DNA of 64,000 nucleotides. Source: Scyliorhinus canicula. Its lineage: Eukaryota. Shown here one piece after another: positions 26,564-38,261 of this stretch. The stretch covers positions 52,933,549-52,997,548 of the forward strand of contig NC_052147.1 in assembly GCF_902713615.1 (NCBI RefSeq), in the 5' to 3' direction. The position numbers were made by a program, and so were the translations under genes. The notes beneath the pieces were generated by a model. It was not told where the DNA came from. It did not search any database and saw nothing but the letters and a program-made list of their open reading frames with translations. Within the stretch, counting starts at the first letter, position 1; every line of letters begins with the position of its first letter.

Positions 26564-28373
26564 TCATTCCCCTCCTTTCCCCTCCTTACCCTTCCTCCAC
26601 CCACACTCCCTTCCTCCTGCACACCCACCATTCCCCTTCTTCCCACCCTCATGCCACCCTGGGTGAAAACTGGAGGCTGCCGTTGTCTCTTTGCTGGCAA
26701 GTCGCAGGTTGGCCACTAGCACTTCCTCCTCCCTGACGGTTCCCATAGGGCCCAGGGGATCTTCATGGGATGGAGGGGCAGCTGGAGTGAGCTCCATGGG
26801 CCTTGGATACATCAGGTTCTGCCGGTCCTGGCGGCAGTCCATTGTCTGCACCATGGTATCAACACCCTCAGCGATGGTTCTCAGTGACTGGGCCATGGTC
26901 TGCAGTGCCTCGGCAATGTACACCTGCATCTGGGACATGTCCCTTAGCAACTGGACCATGATGTTGAGGTCCTCAGTCATGGTGGACACAGACTGAGCAA
27001 TGGCCTGGGCACCACCACTCAAGATGCGGACGTCATACTCCAGGCTTTCCACTGCAGCCACCACCCTAGCAGTATTGGCCTCAGTACAATGCATTGTCGG
27101 GATCATCCCAAACGCCCATAGACTTTGGGACTCCTCCAATTGACTATGCACTTGCTGGAATGTCGCTAACATCCCCTTCTGAATCTCACAGCTTTGACAT
27201 ATCACCTGCATTAGCCCTGGGAGAACCTTGCCCCAAGGCTTGGCATCTGGCTGGGACCCAGTTGAGTCCTGGGATCGAGCAGACCTCCGACTGTTGTCTC
27301 CCTTGGATGTTCTGACTTCACCTGATGTGTATTAGCAACTGTGTGGTGCACACAAGATGTCACCCACCAAGGTGTGTGAGCTCTCCTCCAAGGTGGTCTC
27401 TTGAGTGGCTGGGGGTGGGATGACTCCAAATGGCCCAGCCCCATCAGATGGAAATCCTGCGAGAAAGTGGACGTGTGGCCAGTGAGAGGGAAGGATAATT
27501 TTGTCTGACATGAACAACTCACTTGAGACAGGTCATCTGAGTGAAGGGGCAGTGGATCCTCACCCCTCTGGTGTAGGCCAACCTCGCTGTTGGTGTCTCT
27601 CCTCGGACACCCCCACGATTTCTAGGGCCCATTTCTCATAGGGGGTGAGGCCTCAAATCTCTGATACTCATCTGGGCCCCTTCCCGCTTATTATGGGCTA
27701 TCCTCTCCTATGCAGACAAAGAGTGGGTTTTGTGAGCTGCCGCTTGATGAGTCAGGGGGTCCATAGCGGGTGGCATGTGTGGCCACCGCATCTGGACATG
27801 AAGGGGTTGTGCTGGTGGGTGCTAGTGGATTCTGAGGAGCATGTACGAAGATTGGATGTGGGGAGGGTGCGAGATGTCAGCTTGTGATTTTGGGGTGGGG
27901 GGGTTAGTATGGAAGTTGAGGGGTGATAGGTGAAACTGATACCAGGAGAGAGGTGGTAACTTGCCCTTGCAGCTTGGTGAAGGTCGTTGGTCTTCTTCCA
28001 ACATTGGATAGCGGTTCTCCCATGCTGCCCATACCAACAGCCACTGCCCCCCAAGTGGTATTGGTGACCCTGCTGCTGGGCCCCTTCCCGCTTATTATGG
28101 GCTATCCTCTCCTATGCAGACAAAGAGTGGGTTTTGTGAGCTGCCGCTTGATGAGTCAGGGGGTCCATAGCGGGTGGCATGTGTGGCCACCGCATCTGGA
28201 CATGAAGGGGTTGTGCTGGTGGGTGCTAGTGGGTCACTGGTATTGGTGACCCTGCTGCTGGTCCTCCAGACCCTCCTTCGGGGGAACAGGGTGTCCCATC
28301 TCGCATCAATGCCGTCAAGAAGCCTGGCCAGGTTGGCCTCTCCAAAGCGAGGAGCAGGTGTGCACGCAGTCAT
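26564..28373 (-). pseudogene. Harbinger Myb/SANT-like DNA-binding protein gene (spliced, disrupted)
   Basis: Exon 1 PAPRFGEANLARLLDGIDARWDTLFP...AW...IQCWKKTNDLHQAAR; exon 2 after acceptor TTTGTCTGCATAG reads ERIAHNKREGAQ..LTPYEKWALEIVG; coiled-coil-like ORF 26564-27211. Confidence 0.8.
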
Positions 28374-28559
28374 GCTTGTGTGTTAACTGGGAGGGAGTGG
28401 TGAGGGAGTGTTTAAAAGGAGCTCTGCCTTGTTTGTGGCAAGATGCTGAAGCGTGGTGAATCAGATGGTGAGATAGCCAGTAATGGCGAGAAGCTCATGG
28501 AGGCTGATGTCCGCCATTAAATATGGGCTGAGATCTCGGCAACACATGCCCAAAATGAC

Positions 28560-28750
28560 ATCTTGTTTTTAAACTTGTTTTTATTCCAAACTTTCAACAT
28601 TTTTACAATTTACAACAAAGACTAAAACTCTCCAACGCATTAAGCCCCCGAACCCCCACATCTCCTTCTATCCCTCCCACACCGCCCTCCCTCAGTCGTC
28701 AATGGTAACCAATTCCCCAAAATGCAAAAAACAAATTTCGCTTTCTCCAG
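28560..28750 (-). mobile_element. L1 3' end fragment
   Basis: T-rich tail with TTTATT, followed by a C-rich antisense 3' UTR. Confidence 0.55.
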
Positions 28751-30813
28751 GCCCAAAAGCTTCAGCTGGTTCAGCTGGCTGATGTCCACCCAACAAGACC
28801 TGCAGCACTTCACACCACAATCCCTCGTCCAGCACTGTCCCCGGCTCTTCCTCCCACTTCGCCGTAAACCCCCCCCCCGGACCCCATTCCTAAACCTAAA
28901 ATGCTGCCCAAAATTACACTTCTAAATTTTAAACTGACTGTCAATTGAATCATTAATGAACATATCATTTTAGTTTGGTGAATTGTTAAACTCAACCAGG
29001 TGATAATGCAAAGAATAGAATAGTTCTTTTAGTGTAGAAAGTAAAGCTGTAAATACAGCCATGTTAGAGAGCCTGCTCAAATGCATTTCACTTAAGATAT
29101 TCCTGATTGTAAAGGGAAAGGAGCTTTTTTAATCCAGTTTGGGCTGGATTTGAACCAATCCTTTGTGTAACCCTGTTTTATATGCACTGGATTATACACT
29201 GTTGCAGACTAGATAGTAGATCGTTATATTTTTACTGAGATCATGGTGTAATAATTTTGTTAATTCTTGTCCATCACATTTGTAACATCAGAACAAAAAG
29301 TGTCAGAGCTTTTTAATTGTCTGGCTTGAGTTGTCTCATACCAGTTTTGGCTGTAGTTTCAGCCAGAGCTCCAACAACAGAAAAAAAGGTGTGCATGGTT
29401 TGGAAATGTGATAGCGGTGCAACGAGGAAGCCACACAGCTCAGGGAGTTGACGGGGACATACCCCTTCCCAAAAGTCTCAGCTTCCCTCCCACATCGTCT
29501 CCAATAGTTACACCTATACTTGCAGTGCACATATGAAGAACAGTTATAATGTTAGTTTACATGAGCTGACAGGGTACTTGGGTTGGTGCTGAAAGATTCC
29601 TTCCTGCCTGATGTCCCCCACTTGCCACGCAATGGGGGACACAATCTGCCCCTAGACCTTCCCTACTCCTATATCTGGCAGTCAGCTGGCTCCGGGAATT
29701 GCTCAAGGGTAAATCCCTTTGAATGTTTTCTCCTCCCACTTGGCTGGGATACAATGCCATTGGGAAAAGTGCCAAGTGTAGTCTAGACACTTGCATACTT
29801 CACCCGGTAGTAGGTTATAGATTAATGTTAGAGAGGCCTGAAGCAAGGTAACCTGTTTATTCTCTCAGGCAGCGAGAGTCCCAGAGAGGAGAAAATAGTA
29901 CAGATGTAAAAAGCCTACACAGCGTAACTCAAGTTATATTTCTTGTATAAAACTTAAATGAACCAAATAATCTATATAACCTGCTGAGACCTCAGACATA
30001 AATTTAAGGTTTTTCAAGACTAGTGTGTATAGCAATTCTCCAGCTGTTTCATCCACACCAGATGTAGTTCAGCAACTAGGAACACATACACATGTCTTAT
30101 CTTCTGTTCATAATCATGGAAAGAGACACAAAAATGAGAGTTAATGTGCAACTTTTCCTGCAATCTTGTATTCTGCCTTACATTATTCAGAAATTCTGTT
30201 TTGTCTGAACCATGCTCAGTCTGTCATTTTCACCTCGGTGTCTAATTAAATAAAAATTTATTGCAAATTATGAAACCCATAGTTACTGTTCTATCATAAT
30301 TGTGCTTTTCGACTTGACAAATTCCTGGCGATTATCTCAGCTGTTGGCTTAGTCAGTTCTCAGCTTAGTTTGTGCTTCCTGAAGCAACACAGACAAGGTC
30401 ATAGTCAACATGTTTGATTGTTCTGCCTGCGAACCCAGGCTAGAAACCTGAGCAGCTCCTGGGGATCAGGGGAAAGGGCATTTTTCTTTTAAACCTTGTC
30501 CTTGTTGTTCCACACTGTTGGTTATTTTAAAAAAAACACTAACAGGGCCAAGATCTACTTCACTAATCTCCCATTCTGGGACATGTATGTCAAATAAATG
30601 CTCATTGAAGATGCGACACCTCCGAACTAATGGATGAGCAAAATTAGAAGACGATGCGTGTGAGTAATCACAGCCAAGGCTGTAAAATATGATGGCAGTA
30701 TGGGAACAATCATGTCCCGTTCCACCCAGGCATCAGACCAAGCAGGAAAACAAATAGTCTAAAAAAACCTCAGAAACAAAGTGAATAATTATTTGGGGAG
30801 GTTGCTGAAGAGG

Positions 30814-31110
30814 TCATAGAGTCATAGAGTTTTACAGCACAAAAAGAGGCCCTTCGGCCCATTGTGTCAGCACCAGTCATCAAGCACCTATCCTAATCCT
30901 ATTTTCCAGAACTTGGTCGATAGCCTTGTATGCTAAGCATTTTAAGGGCTCGCCCAAGTGTTTCTTAAATGTTGTGAGGGTTCCCGCTTCTACCACCCTT
31001 GCAGGCAGTGAGTTCCAGATTCCCATCGCCTTCTGGGCCTCAAAACCCCTCCAGATCTCCTGCCCCTGACCGTAAATCTATGCCTCCTGGTTATTGACCC
31101 TTCTGCTAAG
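30814..31110 (-). mobile_element. CR1 3' end
   Basis: (GTCATAGA)2 tail repeats, GAGGCCCTTCGGCCC, antisense of WNSLPARVVEA. Confidence 0.85.
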
Positions 31111-31310
31111 AGTGGGGGTAGGGAGGTAGTCAGTGATGAATTTCCATTAGGGATCTTCTGCTCATCCCCTGGAACTTCAGCGGAATACCCCAGTATTCCC
31201 CAGAAAAACAGCAACAACAACATTGTAGACATTGTTTTTCCAAGATTTCTGCTGAAGATATAGTGATTGAACGGGCAGCCACACAATTCTCCCTCATAAA
31301 TCCTAATCAT

Positions 31311-31424
31311 TCGGACCCACAAAGCAGCATGGACGGAATCATCGCGCTCCTGAAAGAGTTTGGAGCCTTCTCGGGCTACAAACTCAACATGAGCAAAAGT
31401 GAGATCTTCCCATTACACCCGCAA

Positions 31425-31461
<37 letters not shown>

Positions 31462-33010
31462 CACTAAAGGGGCTGCCGTTCAAACAAGCCCGACATAAAT
31501 TCCGCTACCTGGGGATCCAAATAGCCCATGACTGGAAAGGGATCCACAAATGGAACCTCACCAGCCTGACGGAGGAAGTTAAAAAGGACCTGCAAAGATG
31601 GAACACACTCCCGCTCTCCCTCGCGGGGAGAGTTCAGACGATCAAAATGAACGTACTGCCCAGGTTCCTCTTCCTGTTTAGATCCATTCCGATCTACATC
31701 CCCAAGGCCTTTTTCAAAGCGCTGGACAAACTCATCATGGCGTTCGTATGGGGGGGTAAAAATGCTAGGATCCCAAAGAAGGTCTTACAAAAAACAAAAA
31801 CCAGGGGAGGGTTAGCCCTCCCGAATCTACAATTCTACCACTGGGCAGCAACAGCCGAGCGAGTAAGGGGATGGATCCAGGAGCCAGAAGCTGAGTGGGT
31901 GCGTGCGGAGGAGGCCTCCTGCATGGGAACCTCCCTCCGGGCCCTCGCCACGGCAGCACTCCCATCCCCACCCAAAAAACACTCCAGCAGCCCAGTGGTG
32001 ACAGCCACCCTCCAATCCTGGAACCAACTGCGGCAGCAACTTGGCCTGACCAAAATGTCGAACAGGGCTCCCATCTGCAACAACCATAGGTTCAAACCAG
32101 CACTGACCGACGCCACCTTCAAAAGGTGGAGGCAGGACGGGGGGACACTGACAGTCAGGGACCTATACACGGACGACAGGATCGCAACACTGGACGAACT
32201 GACAGAGAAATTTCAGCTAGCTGGGGGGAACGAGCTACGGTACCTGCAGCTCAAAAACTTCCTACGAAAGGAGACAAGGACGTACCCACAACCGCCACGA
32301 CAGACACTACTGGAAGACCTACTGGACGCAAGTATCCTAGAGAAAGGGAACTGTAGTGACATGTATGACCGACTGGTAGATAGGGACGACACCGTACTGG
32401 ACGCAACAAGGAGGAAATGGGAGGACGACCTGGGGATGGAGATCGGGTGGGGACTCTGGAGCGAAGCACTGCATAGGGTCAACTCCACCTCCACGTGCGC
32501 AAGGCTCAGCCTGACGCAACTAAAAGTGGTACATAGAGCCCACTTAACAAGAACCCGTATGAGTAGGTTCTTCCGGAGGTGGAAGACAGATGTGAACGGT
32601 GCCAAAGAGGCCCGGCCAACCACGCCCACATGTTCTGGTCCTGCCCCAGACTCGTGGAGTACTGGACAGCCTTCTTCGAGGTAATGTCCAAAGTGGTGGG
32701 AGTGAGGGTGGAGCCATGCCCGATAGTGGCGGTCTTCGGGGTTTCAGAACAGCCAGATCTATTCCTGGGGAGGAGGGCGGATGCCCTTGCCTTTGCCTCC
32801 CTGATCGCCCGCCGTAGAATCCTGTTTGGCTGGCGGTCAGCAGCACCGCCCAGAGCTGCGGACTGGCTGTCCGACCTCTCGGAATCTCTCCAAATGGAGA
32901 AAATCAAATTTGCCATCCGAGGGTCGGACGACGGCTTCCACAGAACGTGGGAGCCATTCATGCAACTGTTCCGGGACCTATTTGTGGCCAATGTACAAGA
33001 GGAAGAATAG
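31311..33010 (+). pseudogene. L1 ORF2 C-terminal part (RT end plus CCHC finger), one frameshift near 32573
   Basis: FSGYKLNMSKSE, FRYLGI, LSLAGRVQTIKMNVLPRFLF, GGLALPNL, then CERCQRGPANHAHMFWSCPRL in the shifted frame. Confidence 0.92.
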
Positions 33011-33281
33011 TCGGGGGAAGGTAGCGGGAGGGGGGGGGGGGGGCTACAGGTTCGTTACGGGGGTTCGATGGCTAGCTAAGGCCCAAAACCAAGCTAAATA
33101 AACATGTTGAGGGGGGGGGGGGGGGGGGGGCGCAGTTACTACTACGAAGATGCTTACCTGTAAATATGTATGTTAATTTTTGCGTGTTTGTTTTTGTTTG
33201 TTTTTTTTTTCTCTCTCCTAACAATTTGTAATTTGTTCAATATAAAATACGAAAACTGAATAAAAACATTTATAAAAAAAA
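31311..33281 (+). mobile_element. Young 5'-truncated fish-type L1 with 15-bp TSD
   Basis: TSD ATAAATCCTAATCAT at 31296-31310 and 33282-33296; AATAAA and A-tail; ORF2 3' portion. Confidence 0.95.
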
Positions 33282-33304
33282 ATAAATCCTAATCATGAAG
33301 TTAT

Positions 33305-33482
33305 GCTGGTTAAGCTCACTGGGCTAAATCACTGGCTTTTAAAGCAGACCAAGGCCAGCAGCACGGTTCGATTCCCGTACCAGCCTCCCCGGACAGGCGC
33401 CAGAATGTGGCGACTAGGGGCTTTTCACAGTAACTTCATTGAAGCCTACTCGTGACAATAAGCGATTTTCATTTTTTTTTCA
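33305..33482 (+). mobile_element. Short tRNA-derived SINE (non-V head)
   Basis: A-box-like TGGTTAAGCTCACTGG, B box GGTTCGATTCC, tail ACTAGGGGCTTTTCACAGTAACTTCATTG...GTGACAATAAGCG; near-identical copy at 55575. Confidence 0.88.
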
Positions 33483-33872
33483 TTATGCCCCAGCCACTAC
33501 AATGTCTTCACCTCAGTAGAGTAAACTTCATCCCATATCAGCCATCATTCAGTTTCAGAACAAAGTAGATACAAGGGCCTGGATTTTCAATCTGGCGTGG
33601 GGAACCTAGCAGCCAGGTCATTCCTGAGTCACCGCTTTGCATCAAGCCAGTGCCAGTGATGTGGTGGGATTTCAAAACGCAAAGTGTATTGGGCCTAGAG
33701 GCAAGATCAGCACCCAATTAGTGGTACCCGCAGCAGCCTGAAGGCGGTACCTGGTAATGGAGATTGAAATTGAAAAGGCAAATATGACTTGGTAGACCTG
33801 CCGATAGTAAAAGCTATGGAGCAGCAGGGAGCTGAGAGAACCTGCGCTGGCAACAGGCTTCCCCTGGTGTTA

Positions 33873-34218
33873 CATAGAATTTACAGTGCAGAAGGAGGCC
33901 ATTCTGCCCATCGAGTCTGCACCGGCTCCTGGAAAGAGCACCCTACCCAAGGTTAACACCTCCACCCTATCCCCATAACCCAGTAACCCCACCCAACACT
34001 AAGGGCAATTTTGGACACTAAGGGCAATTTATCATGGCCAATCCACCTAACCTGCACATCTTTGGACTGTGGGAGGAAACCGGAGCACCCGGAGGAAACC
34101 CACGCACACACTGGGAGGATGTGCAGACTCCGCACAGACAGTGATCCAAGCCGGAATCGAACCTGGGACCCTGGAGCTGTGAAGCGATTGTGCTATCCAC
34201 AATGCTACCGTGCTGCCC
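33873..34218 (-). mobile_element. HE1-type V-SINE
   Basis: Full length; internal ACACTAAGGGCAA duplication shared with 17356-17700. Confidence 0.93.
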
Positions 34219-34660
34219 CAACACTTTTAAGAAAGCCTCCCTTGGAGTTTCCTCCACCTCGAGGAAGCAATCCACCAAGATAGAAAAAGAGGGAACGGAC
34301 GGAGATGGCCATGGAGGTCAGCGACCAGGGAGTCTCTAGGAGGATGTAGGTACATTGTAGAAAGTGCTTCAAAGTTCTCTTAAAGGTGAGTGGCAAGCGA
34401 CGCCTGCATGATTGTTCTCTCTGCATACACGAACTAGCATGCAGACAAACTGAGCAGACTAAGTGCCCATAGTTTTCCTCAACATTGCCAGATCAAGTGG
34501 CCAGTTGCATCATTGAGGCATCAGCAACCTCCAAATTTAGGGCACTATCGAGAAGGGGGCATCACTGAGGAACACAACATCTAATTTTTATCACCTAATG
34601 GCATTGATGAGGGAGTGTAGCCTACTCATGGACCTTTCTCTCTAAAGAAGGAATATAGTT

Positions 34661-35010
34661 TGTTACGGATACCTGGTCAGCTCTCAGCAATGGCTGAGAT
34701 TCTGGATCAGAGACATGACTTTTTAAGTTTTAAGACCGATAATATTAGAAATAAGGCTTGGTTATTTTATTAACAAACTTCATTAAAAGAAAATAAAAGA
34801 AAACGATATTTAAGTCTTTAAATGTCAACTTTAACACTAACAGATTACATGCAGTTTTTTAACCTTAACGCTCTAGTTCCCATTATAAACCACTTTAAAT
34901 AAATATGCAGCACTCGTTCCACTTACACACTTTGCAATACTTGCATTTAGGAAGTAATTTTTCTTCTGTTGGGGATATTCATTCTAAACTTCTTTATCAA
35001 AGCCTGTCTT
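34661..35010 (-). mobile_element. Probable LTR fragment
   Basis: Begins TGTTAC, contains TTTATT (antisense polyA signal), and is adjacent to a Gypsy gag remnant. Confidence 0.4.
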
Positions 35011-35059
35011 GGTGGCAACTTTCATGACCTCTCTCGTCAATTTCCAAAGTCAAGTTTTG

Positions 35060-35640
35060 GAAAGAAAAAGAGAGGGTTTTTGAAAGAGAAATGGAAAGGA
35101 ATAAGATTGAAATGGAAAGGGAAAGATTAGCAAAGGAAGCAAGAGAAAGAGGTTGCCATGGCAGAACCAAAGGAAAAAGAGAGAAAAAACTGGCATAGCA
35201 AGGAGAGGAATGACTTCAAAGGTTGAAGTTAAAGGCAGGAGATGAGGAAGATCCAGAAGAAGAAGAGATACTTCCTAGTCAAAAGTTATGTAGGGAAATT
35301 ATTTTTTTGGAGGAATTTAAAGGTTCAATTCCTGCAAAAGTAAGAACTCTTGGAAGAGCAGAGAGTTAAAACGGCTAGACAGGCCGCAGAAATGGCTGAT
35401 GATTTTGAATTTGTTCATAAAGCAAAGTTAGTGTCCAACATCAATTTCAATCTGCGAAGGATAGAAACTGGGGACATGAGAAGTTCACAGAGGGTCCATG
35501 CAGTGGCGATATAAGTGGTGATAAGGAGAGTGTGCCCCAGAGTAAAACGGACACCAATGATACTGCAGAGTGACAAGAAAACTCAAGTATTTTCACTGAA
35601 ATACAGCTGGACATCTGAACTTGCAGTGTTGGTGGCTCAC
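35060..35640 (+). pseudogene. Gypsy (Gmr1-like) gag remnant with SCAN-like segment
   Basis: E/K-rich coiled coil, then EIIFLEEFKGSIPAKVRT/LEEQRVKTARQAAEMADDFEFVHK at ~35295-35425. Confidence 0.75.
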
Positions 35641-36024
35641 GTAAAATGCTGAGAAGACGGACTCGGCAAAACAAGATCGTCTCTTCCCCCCCAGACTCTC
35701 CTGTTTGTCTCTTCCCCCCCCCCCCCCCCCCCCCCAGACTCTCCCGTTTGTCTTTCCCTCAGACTCTCCCTTCCATCTCGCTCAACCTCCACCTACTCAC
35801 AACCTGGGATCATTACAATTTCCAGTATGAAAATGGGATTACAGTGGGGAAAAGTTTCAGGAGCATTGACCTAAATCAAGATCCGAATAGGGGCCACTGA
35901 GCAGTTAGGTGCGGAGGAGAAGGAAAACGTCAGAGGACGGAGAACAGATGCTCTGCTGGCTGGAGATGTTCCACCTCGGGTTTCACAAGCAAGGAAAGTC
36001 ATCCTGGAGTATCAGAGACCGACT

Positions 36025-36400
36025 GCGAGGCACCACCCAGGTCTGCAGTTGATCCATAGAACCATCTGGATACATAGAAATTGGTGCTCTTGATGGCTGC
36101 AGGTAGGGGAATATCTTAAAGGCTGTGAGACATCCAGTCATTGTGGACCAGAGCACAAATATCCGATGCTAACTGTTTGGATAAGTACAGTTTCCTCTGG
36201 CACTGTGTTATTTCCAGGTAGATGACTCTTGGACAGTATGACCTGTGGCACCATTTTCCCTTACAGCCCTTCACTGTGCTCCTTTGACCATCTCCTGGCC
36301 AGGAGCATACATCTGCTGAACCTCCTCCTCGCTTACCCTGTCTAATATCAGAGCAGCCTGCACCCACCTCTCCTCCCTCAGCTGGCACTCGTGCACCGAT
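36025..36400 (-). pseudogene. Harbinger transposase N-terminal remnant
   Basis: SYCPRVIYLEITQCQRKLYLSKQLASDICALVHND followed by PLPAAIK..NFYVSRWFYGSTADLG, resembling HARBI1-type transposases. Confidence 0.7.
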
Positions 36401-38261
36401 CAGACCTTCCATTGCCAACCTCTGCCAACACAAGTGATGACAGCGGCCTCTCAAAGCTACGACCCCGCAATGTTCTCAAATACAAGCCTCCCAGCTGCAG
36501 TGGTGGAAACTCTGTACCATTGGTTGTGCAGTTGAGTTTAAATCTCCATTTCTCACAACCATTGAACAATGCATCTATCAGCAATGGCTCCCTGCTGTAT
36601 TCACAAGAGCTGCACCTAGACCTCTGTGTTTCATCTCCGGCAATAACTGTCAGTGAAAAATAACTGCTAATCATGGAGCAATATCAAATTGACATTAATT
36701 TTTTCTTGCTTGGCAGGATGAAGAATGGTAGAGCTGCTGAATTGAATAGTTTCCACATTTTCCGCCCACAGTTTGCAGGAGACATTGCCAGATTTGACGA
36801 GTGCCTGGTTGAATGTAGTTCACAACAACATTTAGTCTGCTTTTAACAATATGCATTAAGATCCGACTAAGAATAACACAATGTAAAGCAAAACATCTTG
36901 CCAATTAATGTGAAATTACGGATAGGTTTAGTGCTGCGATCCATTAGGAACAAGTTAAGAATGTTAAGTTACTTCTACATAGGACCTAAAAGAGCTCTCG
37001 AAAGAAGTTGCTTTGCACAGCTGGGATGGATTTCAACATATCTCCCAAAGGATGGTTAAATCTCTGCAAAGATTCTCTCAACCTTTTGTTATAGAATTGC
37101 AGAAAGCTGACGAATGAAGTTATAGTGTGCGAGTAGACTAACCTCGACTGAAATTCACCCCCTCCCATCTTCCGAAACCAGTCCCTCTACAGTATCATTA
37201 AAAGCGTTTCTGACGGAATCAGTGGTTTTGACTGTTCTGGTTTCTGCAGCTGTTTACAGCTGAGTGGTCAAAAGTGTGCAAGGCAAGAAACTCACTTATT
37301 TTTAACTTTCCTTTTGCGAAGTCAGCCTACACACCATACCATGACCAACAGGGCAGATGGGACAGGAAGCCTCCCGGAACTTGACACTGCTCTGCAAACT
37401 GGTCATTATGCAAGATTAACCGCTGGTCACTCAGCCCTTGTCCTTTCGTTCCACCCGATGGCCTCTCCTCAGCCCTGCACTCAAGATAACTGTGCTGACC
37501 GTAAAACGAGCTGCCTTGGCAGGATTGCCCATTTTGCATAACCGCCTCAAACCAATTTCAGCCCCATTGACGTTTTCAGCTTTTCTTCCAGCGTTTTTCA
37601 GACCTTAAGACTTTTAAAATAAATTTCCAGCCGAGAACATTTCAGGATCATCCAAAATTTCAAACGGATGGTTTTTAATGGCTCATTAAAAATACATTAC
37701 GAAGACACATGGAAAATATCAGGGAAACTCCAGTTCAGTAAAAGTGGGGATGCATGGATTTGATTTGTTGCTTCGTTGAACGACAGCCAGGCAAGCTGGG
37801 GTCGGGAGGAACCTCTTTAACAATCTTTTATGCATGAACAGGCTCATTTTTAAAATGAACTGACTGAAATATATTTTTCGGAAATATTGACTTATTTTTC
37901 TTGGAATGTTTTCGGAAAATTCTGAATGCTCACGGCAAATCTTCGGTGCCAGTGCTCCCCCTGTAAAACACACGCCCATGATTCAGACTTTGAATTTAGC
38001 GGAAAAAAACAATAATATCCAAGAGTAATATGCACCCTCTGTCCTACCCCCACGCTGCACATGGCTTTCAAATGCTAGATGACGTATTTGGCTTTTTGCC
38101 CATGCAAGAGCTACAACACGGCCTAAAAGCTAAAGACAGTTGCCTGCACGGTCCATGGAGTTGATGGGGAAATGTTCAAGGTGAGTGAAGCATCAGTGTA
38201 ACTTTAGGTGCGATTTGGAAAACCGAGACCATCCAATTTCTGGGATCTTTGCAAAATTAGA

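Larger units (their letters stand above)
25198..28555. mobile_element. PIF/Harbinger transposon, internally deleted, two convergent genes
   Basis: CpG-rich left end; plus-strand donor GAG|GTGAGT (~25519) and acceptor CCTTACAG (~26326) leading to a transposase remnant; minus-strand spliced Myb/SANT-like gene. Confidence 0.75.

Noticed and set aside
31263-31310. N-terminus of the 473-aa ORF as a real gene start
   Set aside because: It lies in flank and TSD upstream of the L1 truncation point; chance read-through.
33305-33380. tRNA gene (also 55575 and the V-SINE heads)
   Set aside because: A and B boxes are present but continue into SINE bodies and tails; no complete cloverleaf.
36378-36674. 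Overlapping 90-98 aa ORFs as a host exon
   Set aside because: No recognisable protein, and adjacent to a decayed Harbinger transposase.
36983-37117. Possible terminal exon DLKELSKEVALHSWDGFQHISQRMVKSLQRFSQPFVIELQKADE*
   Set aside because: Plausible acceptor but only 44 codons, no recognisable homology and no partner exons.
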